Notes under the pieces: model-generated
Database searches by the model: none
Told to the model about the DNA's origin: nothing
Seen by the model: only the letters and a program-made list of their open reading frames with translations
Made by a program: the position numbers and the translations under genes
DNA from: a virus
Taxonomy: Duplodnaviria > Caudoviricetes
Reading direction: 5' to 3' (one strand)
IMG/VR virus record: IMGVR_UViG_3300036821_000136
Location: 32,001 to 96,000 of that record
DNA: 64,000 bases
Part shown: positions 20,954 to 29,926 of the stretch, piece after piece
Layout of the letters: each line of letters starts with the position of its first letter
How positions within the stretch are numbered: the stretch's first letter is position 1

Positions 20954-22178
20954 CGGCCGCCTCCCCCGCCCGGGCCCGCCGCCACGCCAGCGCCAGCACC
21001 GCCCCGGCCGCGCTGCCGCCGACGGCGAACCACGCGATGACCAGCGCCGGGCTGACCCGCTGCGCGATCGCGCCCGCCGCCAGCACCGCGACCGCCTGGG
21101 CCAGGCTCATCGCCGCGCCGACGACCCCGTTCGCCTTGCCCCGGTGCTCGTCCGGGACCGCCATGATCATCGCCCCGGCCGCGGCCGGGATGAACCCGGT
21201 GAACAGGCCCGACACCGCCAGGATCACGACCGCGCCGGCCAGCACCGGCGGGCCCGCGAACGCGGTCAGCACCACGACCCCGGCCAGGGCGGTCACGGCG
21301 GCCAGCCGCATCCGCAGGTCCTCGCCGACGAACCGGGTGTAGACCATCGGCCCGATCGTCGCGCCGACCGCGCCCGCCGCTAGCAGCACCCCGACCGTGC
21401 CCGCGCCGCCGCCCAGCTGGCGGCTGAGCGGCACCGACAGTCCCTCCGGGACGCCGTAGAAGCCGGTCAGGCAGAGCAGGCCCATCGCGGCGACGGCGAC
21501 CGGGCGGGTGAACACGACCCGGACCCCGGCGAGCACCTGCGGCCTGGCCGGGCCGCCGCCGCCGGGCGCCGGGCGGGCCCGCAGGCCGAACCGGATCAGG
21601 GCGGCCGAGGCCAGGAACGAGGCGGCGTCGACGGCGATCGCGGCGCGCACCCCGAGCGCGGCGACGACCGCGCCGCCGGCGGCGAACCCGGCGAGCTGCG
21701 CCACCTGGTAGGTCGCCAGGGTGATGCCGTTGCCGACCTGGAACCGCCGCTCGCCGAGCACCGCGACGTTGGTCGCCATCCGCGCCGACAGGAACGGCTC
21801 GATCGCCAGCCCGACCGTGAACAGCAGCGCGATCAGCGCGGCGAGCGGCAGGCCGGGGATCAGCATGACCGCGACCAGCGCGGCGCACGCCAGGTCGGCG
21901 ACGATCATGACCTGCCGCCTCGGCCAGTGGTCGGCGGTCCAGCCGAGCAGCAGCCCGCCGGCGAACATCGCCAGCGTGGTCAGCGCGAACGTCACCGCGG
22001 CGAGCAGCGGCGAGCCGGTGCGGCCGTAGACCAGCACCGCGACCGCGACGCGGGCGAACTGGTCGCCGCCGAACGAGACGAGCTGCGCGAGCCACACCGC
22101 CCGCCACTCGGAGACCGCGAACACCTCGCGGAACGTGACCGCGCCGGCCGCCTGCTGCTCGGCGGTGCCGGCGGTCAC
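20946..22178 (-). CDS. MFS transporter (drug:H+ antiporter/MFS_3-like)
   Basis: WLAQLVSFGGDQF, GWTADHWPRRQVMIVADL, DAASFLASA and VPDEHRGKANG; ~12 TM segments. Confidence 0.9.
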   Translation of the reverse strand: MTAGTAEQQAAGAVTFREVFAVSEWRAVWLAQLVSFGGDQFARVAVAVLVYGRTGSPLLAAVTFALTTLAMFAGGLLLGWTADHWPRRQVMIVADLACAALVAVMLIPGLPLAALIALLFTVGLAIEPFLSARMATNVAVLGERRFQVGNGITLATYQVAQLAGFAAGGAVVAALGVRAAIAVDAASFLASAALIRFGLRARPAPGGGGPARPQVLAGVRVVFTRPVAVAAMGLLCLTGFYGVPEGLSVPLSRQLGGGAGTVGVLLAAGAVGATIGPMVYTRFVGEDLRMRLAAVTALAGVVVLTAFAGPPVLAGAVVILAVSGLFTGFIPAAAGAMIMAVPDEHRGKANGVVGAAMSLAQAVAVLAAGAIAQRVSPALVIAWFAVGGSAAGAVLALAWRRARAGEAAGA

Positions 22179-23341
22179 GGCTGCCGCCCCACGTAGGACA
22201 TCCAGGCCACGGCAACGTTGTTGAACATGGTCAGCGGCGCCCGCCCGAACGGCAGGTCCCGGTCCCAGCGCAGCGACGACCACCGGTCGGTCGCGGCGTA
22301 GACCACGGTGCGGAGCTCCTGCAGGGCGAGCGGCTCGCCCAGGCAGCGGTGCGGCCCGGACGCGAACGCCGGGTGCTGCTGGCCCAGGCCGGGGCGGCGC
22401 GGGTCGAGCAGGCCGGGGTCGGGGAACCTGGCCGGGTCGCGGCCGGCTGACCACAGCGACCCGGTGACCATCTGGCCGGCCGGGATCTCCACGTCGCCGA
22501 ACGTGACGGGCCGGGTGGTCACCGCCCCGATCGTCGGGAACGGCGGAGCGAGCCGCAGGCACTCGGCGATCGCGCCGTCGCGCAGCCCGGGGTCGGCGCG
22601 CAGCTCGTCCCAGCCGCCCCACTCGGCCAGCAGCAGCAGGGTGCTGGCGATCGCCGCGTGCGTCGTGTGGATCCCGGCGGCGACCAGCCCCCAGAGATAC
22701 CCGATGATGTCCTCGTCGGACAGGTCGGCCCCGTCGACCTGGTAGCCGGCCGCCTGGGCGGCGATCAGCTCGTCGACGAGGCCGCCGGCCGGGCGGCGGC
22801 GGCGCTCGGCGAGCAGGTCGGCGAAGAACGCCGCCTTGTCGGTCTGCACGATGGTCTGGTGGACCGCGGCCGACCCGGCCGCGAACTCGGCCAGCCACGC
22901 GCCGAACTGCTTGTTCGCCGCCAGGTCGAGACCCATGATCTGGCAGATCACCGCCCCGGGCAGCGGCGCCGCCAGCTCGGCGACGACCTCGAACGGGCCG
23001 CCGTGCCGCTCGATGTCATCCATGAGCTGGTCGGCCAGGGCGCGGATCCCGGGCGCCAGGGCGGCCAGCGCGGTCCGGCTGAACGGGTCGCGGACCAGGC
23101 GCCGCAGGTCGTGGTGCCGCGGCCCGTCGGCGACCCACATCACGTGGTCGTTGGGCTCCCTCGAGCGGGGGTCGGCGAACCCCTGGGAGAAGCACACGGC
23201 GTCCCGGGCGAGCCGGTCGACGTCGTCGTAGCTGAACACCTGCCAGCTGCGGCGGTCCGGGTCGTAGAACGGCCTGGTGCCGGCGTCGAGGGGCAGCCCT
23301 GGCGGGCCGAGCAGTCGCTGATCGGGCAGTACGGGGGTCAT
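22175..23341 (-). CDS. Cytochrome P450
   Basis: DGPRHHDLRR, I-helix AAGIHTT, ECLR (ExxR), RDP..FPDP, heme motif FASGPHRCLG. Confidence 0.95.
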   Translation of the reverse strand: MTPVLPDQRLLGPPGLPLDAGTRPFYDPDRRSWQVFSYDDVDRLARDAVCFSQGFADPRSREPNDHVMWVADGPRHHDLRRLVRDPFSRTALAALAPGIRALADQLMDDIERHGGPFEVVAELAAPLPGAVICQIMGLDLAANKQFGAWLAEFAAGSAAVHQTIVQTDKAAFFADLLAERRRRPAGGLVDELIAAQAAGYQVDGADLSDEDIIGYLWGLVAAGIHTTHAAIASTLLLLAEWGGWDELRADPGLRDGAIAECLRLAPPFPTIGAVTTRPVTFGDVEIPAGQMVTGSLWSAGRDPARFPDPGLLDPRRPGLGQQHPAFASGPHRCLGEPLALQELRTVVYAATDRWSSLRWDRDLPFGRAPLTMFNNVAVAWMSYVGRQP

Positions 23342-23423
23342 GGCGTGTGCGCCGCCTTCCGGTAGGAGTCTGGGCAGCAGCACTCTAACAGGCGGTAACC
23401 GGATCGTTCCGCAGCGCAACGAC

Positions 23424-23444
23424 GCGATTCGCGATTCGCGATTC
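23424..23444. repeat. (GCGATTC)x3 tandem repeat upstream of the P450
   Basis: Visible directly; lies between a hairpin (23458-23486) and a TGtTAGAGT -10-like element on the minus strand. Confidence 0.7.
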
Positions 23445-24788
23445 ACCAAACGCTAAAGGGCCCGGGCGGCGCTGCCGCCGGGGCCCTGCCGATAGCCAAT
23501 CCTCCTTTCCCGGGCGATGCTAACGCGGCGTCGCCGGGGTCGTCCGGCTCTTCGCGGCCGACGGCGCGGCGCAGCGGGTGGTGCCGGCCGTACAGCCGGG
23601 TGACCCGCAGGTCGCCGTCGTCGCCGGCGATCTTGCGCGCCTTGCGGCGGGCGGCCAGCCGGGTCGAGGCGTGCACGCCGAACGTCATCACCCGCGGCGC
23701 GCTGCCCAGCAGGATCAGCGTGCCGTCACGGTCGATCGCCACGACCGGCGCGGGGCCGGGCCAGGTGACGCGCACCTGCCAGTTCCTCGTCCGGGGCATC
23801 ACACGTCCTCGGGATGGGCACCGGCGGCGAGGCCCTGCAGGTACTTCTCGCCCTCCAGGTCGCGCAGGATGCCGAGCGCCGCCGCCGAGCTGGCGGCCAG
23901 CTCGGGGCAGAGCGCGATCAGCGCGGCCAGGGCGTCGTCGGCGGTCTCGATGTACATCAGTTGACCGCCCGGGCGATCTGCTCGTCGGTCACCCAGGTCC
24001 GGCACCGGCACTGGCGCCGGCACATGGCGAACACGTAGGCGACCGGGGCCCGGCAGCGCAGGCACAGCATCACGGCGTCCCTCCTGACCTGCCGCGTCAC
24101 CGGCAGGGTTCTCGTTTTGCGACCCGGTTTGAGGCGCCCGGGCCGACTTGTAATTTTTGTAACTGTGTTTCAGATATTGGCCGGCGGGGCGCCGTGCCGG
24201 GCGATCTGCGCGGCGACCATCTTGCGGCTGGCGGTCATCGCGTCCTGCAGCCGGGCCTCGGCCCGGGCGCCGGAGAACTGGCTGGTGACGCGGGTCGACC
24301 GGTCGACGCCGCCGGCGGCGGTGAGCAGGTACTGGACGACGTAGAACTCGGGCAGGGTGTGGCCCTCGCGGACGTGCCGGTAGACGCGCAGGCGGAAGAT
24401 CCGGCCGTCGTCGGCGTAGCAGGTCAGCGTCTCGACGTCGGTGGTGCGGCGGCGGGGGATCCGGTGGTTGGCCATGTCAGGCGCCGTCGTCGCAGGACCG
24501 GCAGAGCCGGTCGTAGTCGCTCATCCGCGCGTCGTCGTCGCAGACCGGGCGGCCGCAGCCGACGCACAGGCCGTCGGCCGGGCCGCTGCACAGGTGGCAC
24601 GACTCCGCGGCGTGGGCCAGGACGGCGGCCAGGTTGGCGACCGGGAAGGTGCCGTCGGCGGTGCGGACGGCGACCAGGTAGCCGCTGGCGTCCTTGCCGT
24701 AGGCGAGCACCGGGGGCCCGTTCAGCCGGCCGCCGGTGGCGGCGATCCAGGTGACTGCCCACGCGGTGTCGGTGGTGTCGGTGGCCAT
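23443..24788 (-). CDS. Leftward small genes (24477-24788, 24170-24475, 23957-24073 Cys-rich, 23799-23957, 23443-23802)
   Basis: RBSs and coupled overlaps downstream of the minus-strand promoter copy. Confidence 0.55.
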
Positions 24789-24809
24789 GGGTCTCTCTCC
24801 TTCAGTTAC

Positions 24810-24899
24810 CGTGTTGCGTATATATACATGGTACCATACGTGGGGCGTCCCGGCGCCATCGTCCCTGGCCGGGGGTACCGTCTATATATGGGCAACACG
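24810..24899. promoter_or_regulatory. Back-to-back repeated promoters (copies 7 and 8)
   Basis: Minus TGGTACCATGTATATATACGCAACACG (24836-24810); plus GGGTACCGTCTATATATGGGCAACACG (24873-24899). Confidence 0.7.
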
Positions 24900-24927
24900 C
24901 CCGCCTGACCGCCTGAAGGAGAGACCG

Positions 24928-25416
24928 ATGACCCACCACCCGCACGAGCCCGCCGCCAACCAGCTCGGCCCCGACCTGGAAGCCACCTCGACGACGCCGG
25001 CCTGGGTCGGCGCCCCCCGCCCGGCCCGCGGCGACTACACCGTCGGCTGGCGCATCGAGGTCGCCGCGGTCAGCCCGGAGCACGCCGCCAGCGCCGCCCT
25101 GGCCGCCCAGCGCGGCCGGGGATCGCGCGCCACCGTGTTCACCGTCTCCGACGGCTCCAGCACGTGGCGCGTCGACCTGACCGAGGGCACCACCGAGCTG
25201 CTGGCGGGCGGGCCGCCGGAGCCCGGCGGGCTACTGCACGTGTTCACGCTGCGGATCCCGTCGGAGGCGGTGACCGACAGCCCGGCGGGGTGGGGGACGG
25301 CGCTGATCGGCCAGATCCGCCGGCTGATGGCCGACGCCGGGATCGGCGACTACGAGCTGTGGCTGTCGACCGTCGGGCGGGGCACCGTCGAGGACGTCGC
25401 TCCCGAGGACGTGTGA
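24928..25416 (+). CDS. Hypothetical protein
   Basis: CTGAAGGAGAG RBS. Confidence 0.6.
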   Translation: MTHHPHEPAANQLGPDLEATSTTPAWVGAPRPARGDYTVGWRIEVAAVSPEHAASAALAAQRGRGSRATVFTVSDGSSTWRVDLTEGTTELLAGGPPEPGGLLHVFTLRIPSEAVTDSPAGWGTALIGQIRRLMADAGIGDYELWLSTVGRGTVEDVAPEDV

Positions 25417-25485
25417 CCGGCGTCCCGCCACCGGGCTACCCCCGCCCGCCCGCGCCGGGGGTACCATGTATATATAAGCAACACG
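25412..25485 (+). promoter_or_regulatory. Repeated promoter copy 9
   Basis: GGGTACCATGTATATATAAGCAACACG at 25459-25485; box TGTGA-CCGGCG-TCCCG at 25412-25427. Confidence 0.7.
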
Positions 25486-25508
25486 GCCACTGAAGGAGAG
25501 ACACCACC

Positions 25509-28113
25509 ATGATCGACACCGCCGCCCTCCCGCTTGAGGACCGGTACGCCCGCTACGCCGCCAACGAGGCCGCCCTCCGCGCCGTCGACGACGTCGTGGT
25601 CCTGCTCGGCGACAAGACCCCCGGCAGGCTGTACACCATCGTCAAGACCAACCCGACCACGCTGATCCTCGCGCCCGCCGACGGCGGCCTGCAGGTCAAG
25701 GCGCACCGGTCGCTGGTCGAGGACGCGCCCGCCGGATCGGCCGCCAAGGTCGCCGCCGCCGCCGCGACCGTCCTGCCGCACCAGCCGCTCGGCGCGCTGG
25801 TCCGCCTCAAGGCCACCGCCCCGCCCGCCGGCGGGATCAACCCCGGCGAGGTCTGCGTCGTGATCATCGACAAGGGTGACCGCGTCCACGTCGCCAAGAT
25901 CGGCGGCGTGCAGACCGCCCGCGGCGACGCCTACGCCCGCCCGCCCCGCGCGCTGGTCGAGGCCGTCAGCCCCGGCGACGTGCTGGTGCCCGCCGAGGTC
26001 AAGCCGGTCGCCGGCGCCCGCCCGTCACGCGGCCGGAGGTCATGATGCAGTACCGGTTCACGTGCGCCCAGCACAACGTGGTGCTGGGCGGCTGCCCCGA
26101 GTTCTACCCCGCCGCCGAGGACGCGGCCGGCGGGGTCGCCGAGTGGGTCATCGACCTGTCCGACATGTCGTGCAGCGCCGACGACGCCTCCGACAACGGC
26201 AGCGGCTGCTCCGCCACCTGGCAGATCACCGCCGCCGGGGTCAGCCTCGCCGCGTTCACCCCCGCCGAGACGGCCGGGCTGTCCGACGCGCTCGCCGTCG
26301 CCGAGAACGCCGACGAGCACCTGACCCGCGACCAGCTCGCCGCGGCCGCCAAGCTCGACGCGGCGTTCGCGGCGGCCCCCGGGCCGCCCGCCGACCGCTA
26401 CCCGGCGCCCGACCCCGCCGGCACCGACTGGGACGCCTACCCGCCGCTGAGCGACGAGACCGCCTGCCTGGTCATGCAGGAGATCCTGGTCGACACCGAG
26501 TTCCTGTGGCTGACGGCGGTCAACCCGCCCAGCGGCGAGCGCGCCGAGGTCACCATCGTCGACGCGGTCACCACGTTCGCGGGCAACTGCTGGGACGACC
26601 AGCACGACGGCGGCGCCCACCGGCAGAACCTGATCGACGCCAACCGGCTGCTGGGCTGGCTGGACCGCCCCGACCTGCGCGACGACTACAACGACGTGCA
26701 CAGCCTGGTCGGCGACGACGTGCCCGAGCCCGAGCGCTGGGCGAGCCGGCCATGAGGGCGGGCGTGTCGAGCAGCGGCCGCTGGTGGGTCAGCATGGGCC
26801 CCGTCGGCTGGCTGATCTACGCGGTCTGCTGGCTGGCCGGGGCGATACTGATCATCGCCGCCCGGCTGGTCTGGGCGCTGGCGCTGGGGGTCGCCTGGCT
26901 CGCCCGCGCCGGCTGGCGCGCCGCGACCACGAGAGGACAAGACCGATGACCCGCGCCTACGACACGATGCCGGGCGTCCCGGCCGCCGGCCACATCGCCG
27001 GCGGCGCCTGGCACCCCGGCCCCTCCCACCACTGCACCAAGTGCGAGCCGCCGCCGCGCCCGGGCACCGCCGACGCGGCCCGCTGGTACCTGCAGCGCGA
27101 CCTGTCCTACGGCCTGGCCGCCGACGCCACGATCGCCGACGCCCGCCGGTACAACGGCCGCTACGTCTACACCCCCGACGGCTGCGCGTGGGTGCTCGCC
27201 GCCCGCGCCACCGGGCGGCTGGTCTGGTCGTTCGGCCGGGCGACCCGCGCCGAGCAGCACCTGGCCCACGACCGGCGCACGCCGACGGCGACCCGCGTGG
27301 ACCCCGACGCGGTCCACGCCGGCGACCGGATCGCCTGGGGCACCGCGCGGGGCGGGCGCCTGGCCGGCTCCGGTACGGTCGAGTTCGCCACCGCCGAGGC
27401 GGTGCACGTGATCAGCGGCGCCGGCTACCACTACCCGATCGCCTGGACCAGGGTCACCGGCCACTGGCCGGCGGCCGCCTGAAGGAGAGAGACATGACCG
27501 ACACCGCCGCGGCGATGCGCCGCCCCAGGATGCGCCGCGCCCTGCTCGCGCACCTGTTCGACAACCACGGGGTCATGCTGACCCGCGCCGACTCCGCCCG
27601 CGAGTCGCTGGGCCAGCTCGCCGAGATGGACCCGTGCGGCGCCGCGCCGCCGCTGGGCGACGCCGACCTCGGCTACGACGCCGACGGCTGGCGGGTCCGC
27701 CGGTCGGGCGGGACGGACTTCCGGGTCACCGACTGCTGCGCCAAGGACGCCACCACCGCCGACGGCGACGACGAGGGCACCATCGTGTGCCGCCGCTGCA
27801 AGCAGCCGGCCGGCGAGTCGCTCGCGCTGCCCCCGATGCTGCCCTACCTGGCGCCGGACGGTCACGTGCTGGTCCGGGCCGACACCGCGAAGGAGAGAGA
27901 CCGGTGAGCGGCTTCTACGCGATCCGGCAGGCCCGCACGCGGGTGATCGGGTCGCGGCTGATGACCCGCGAGCAGGCCGACCGGGAGGTCGCGGTGTGGG
28001 CGGCCGAGATCGGCCCGGCCCGCGTGCTGCCCGCCACCCCCGACCTGGCGCACGCGGTGCGCTACTACGACCAGGCCATCCTGGTGCCCGCGCTGAAGGG
28101 CGAGCCCTGGTGA
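25509..28113 (+). CDS. Run of hypothetical genes (25509-26045, 26042-26755 acidic, 26752-26949 membrane, 26946-27482, 27494-27907, 27904-28113)
   Basis: ATGA/GTGA coupling and RBSs. Confidence 0.6.
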
Positions 28114-28373
28114 CCGATGCCAGCGGCAGGCGCCGCCCGAAGTTCCGCAGCGCGGGGTCACCCGACCGGCTGACCGGCACGGTGACCCGCTGGGACCCCG
28201 GCGCCAGCTACGGGATGATCACCGGCGACGACGGCGGCAGCTACTTCCTGTCCGCCGCCGACCTGCCGCGCGGCCGCGAGAGCCTGGCCGTGGGGACCGC
28301 CGTCACCTTCACCAGCGGCGCCCCGGCACCCGGCAAGCGGTACCCGCGCGCCCGCCAGGCCCGGCCCGCATGA
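28110..28373 (+). CDS. Cold-shock domain protein
   Basis: TGTVTRWD...YGMITGDDGGSYFLSAADL...LAVGTAVTF. Confidence 0.75.
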   Translation: MTDASGRRRPKFRSAGSPDRLTGTVTRWDPGASYGMITGDDGGSYFLSAADLPRGRESLAVGTAVTFTSGAPAPGKRYPRARQARPA

Positions 28374-28617
28374 TCACCGGCTACCAGGCCGGGACGGCCC
28401 GGCCGGAGCCGTGGCTGCCCGCCGGCCGGCACGCGGTCGCGGTGGTGCGGCTGGCGCACGGCGTCGAGCGGCCCGAGCCGGCCGCGGTGTGCGGCACGTG
28501 GATCGAGCACGCCAAGCCGGGCGGGCCGCTGGTGATCTCCTGCCCGGCCTGCGCGCGGGTCCTGGGCGCGCTACGGGCTACTCAGTAGCAGGCGAGCGGC
28601 CGTAGCCCGGCGGGCCA

Positions 28618-28691
28618 CGGGACCGGGGTCACGGCCGCCCGGGGCGCCACCGGGCGGCCCCATGCCGTATTATGGATATATGAGGAACACG
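28618..28691 (+). promoter_or_regulatory. Repeated promoter copy 10 (degenerate)
   Basis: CCGTATTATGGATATATGAGGAACACG at 28665-28691; box CGGGA-CCGGGG-TCACG at 28618-28633. Confidence 0.65.
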
Positions 28692-29308
28692 ACAGACACC
28701 ATGACCGCCCGGCACTGCTCGGGCTGCGCCCAGGTCGACCCCATCGACGACGGCGACGGCTACACCGACTGCTGCAACGAGTGGATCTGCGACGGCAACG
28801 GCGCCGACCGGTGGACCGTCGGGACCCTCACGTTCGACGAGGCCGGCCGCGAGGTCCGCACCGTCACCGGCGAGCTGCTCGCCTGCTGCGGCGGCCAGGC
28901 CGACAAGCTGGCCGCCGCCCAGGCCCCCGGCCGCATCGCGCTGTGCCGCGCGCTCTGACACCACCACCTGAAGGAGAGACCGACATGACGACCCCCGACA
29001 CCAGCCGGACCCACCGGTTCCCGCCGACCGGCTGCGTCAACCAATGGGCCGCCGACCACGACCACGCCGACTGCTGGGCCGCCTTCCTGGCCTTCCACGA
29101 AGCGCCGGCCGGGCTGGGCATCGACGAGTTCTACCGCTGGCTGGAGACGACCCCGCACGCCGCCGACATCACCCCCGACGGCGATGGGTTCCTGGTGACC
29201 TGCCGCCGCGGCTGCGCGCTGGGCACCAGCGCGCGCCAGAGCGACCGGGCGGGCGCCGGCCGGCGGGTCCGGCAGCACCGGATCTGCACGACTCCGCTGA
29301 CCGCCTGA
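28680..29308 (+). CDS. Two small Cys-containing genes (28680-28958, 28985-29308)
   Basis: Leaderless MRNT start, then a CTGAAGGAGAG RBS. Confidence 0.55.
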
Positions 29309-29309
29309 G

Positions 29310-29392
29310 TGTGCCCGACGGCACACCGGCCGGGTACCGGCCAGGGCGAGTTCCGGCGCCCCGGCTGGTACTATGTATATATGAGCAACACG
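29310..29392 (+). promoter_or_regulatory. Repeated promoter copy 11 with palindromic box
   Basis: TGTGC-CCGACG-GCACA at 29310-29325; TGGTACTATGTATATATGAGCAACACG at 29366-29392. Confidence 0.75.
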
Positions 29393-29923
29393 GCCACTGA
29401 AGGAGCCCCGATGACCACCCCGACCGCCAGCCGCGACGTCCGCGCCAACCCGGGCAACCGGGCCGGCCGCTACGTCGAGACCGCCGAGTACATCCAGGCG
29501 GCCCGCCGGTTCGTCCGCGGCGCCGGCCGCCGGGTCGGCGACATGAACCTCGACGACCTCGACATGCTCATCGCGCTGGCCGAGGAAGCCAACGCCGTCG
29601 CCCACGAGGCCGCCCGCGACCTGCACGACCGCGAGAAGGACGGCTACTCCTGGCAGGAGATCGGCGAGGCCGTCGGCTACGACCCGAAGACCGCCCGGCA
29701 CACCGCCTGGAAGCGGTTCAAGGGCGCCCGCCGCGCCTTCCCGGCCGCCCCCCGCAAGGTCGTCAAGGACGACATAGTGGGCGTGTCCGGCCGCAAGTAC
29801 GCCGGCCGCCGGTTCATCGTCGAGCGGGTCAGCCCGGCGACCGCCCTGCTGGCGCCGGTCGGCGGCGGACCCAAGGTCCGCGCCTTCCACGACCTGATCA
29901 CCGACGCGCCCGAGGAGGGCTGA
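29381..29923 (+). CDS. HTH DNA-binding protein
   Basis: VETAEY...RRVGD...GYSWQEIGEAVG...AWKRF. Alternative start at 29411. Confidence 0.65.
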   Translation: MSNTATEGAPMTTPTASRDVRANPGNRAGRYVETAEYIQAARRFVRGAGRRVGDMNLDDLDMLIALAEEANAVAHEAARDLHDREKDGYSWQEIGEAVGYDPKTARHTAWKRFKGARRAFPAAPRKVVKDDIVGVSGRKYAGRRFIVERVSPATALLAPVGGGPKVRAFHDLITDAPEEG

Positions 29924-29926
29924 CCG

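Noticed and set aside
20135-23341. P450/MFS block as host chromosome marking a prophage end
   Set aside because: Phage cassettes with the same promoter and RBS motifs flank it on both sides.
23341-24073. RiPP precursor (biarylitide-like MxYxH) for the P450
   Set aside because: No such mini-ORF was found upstream. The 38-aa Cys-rich ORF is separated from the P450 by two genes and a terminator-like hairpin.
8348-29392. Repeated 27-bp motif read as a CRISPR array or attC sites
   Set aside because: Spacing is irregular and kb-scale, copies occur on both strands, there are no cas genes or attC-like hairpins, and the geometry is promoter-like.
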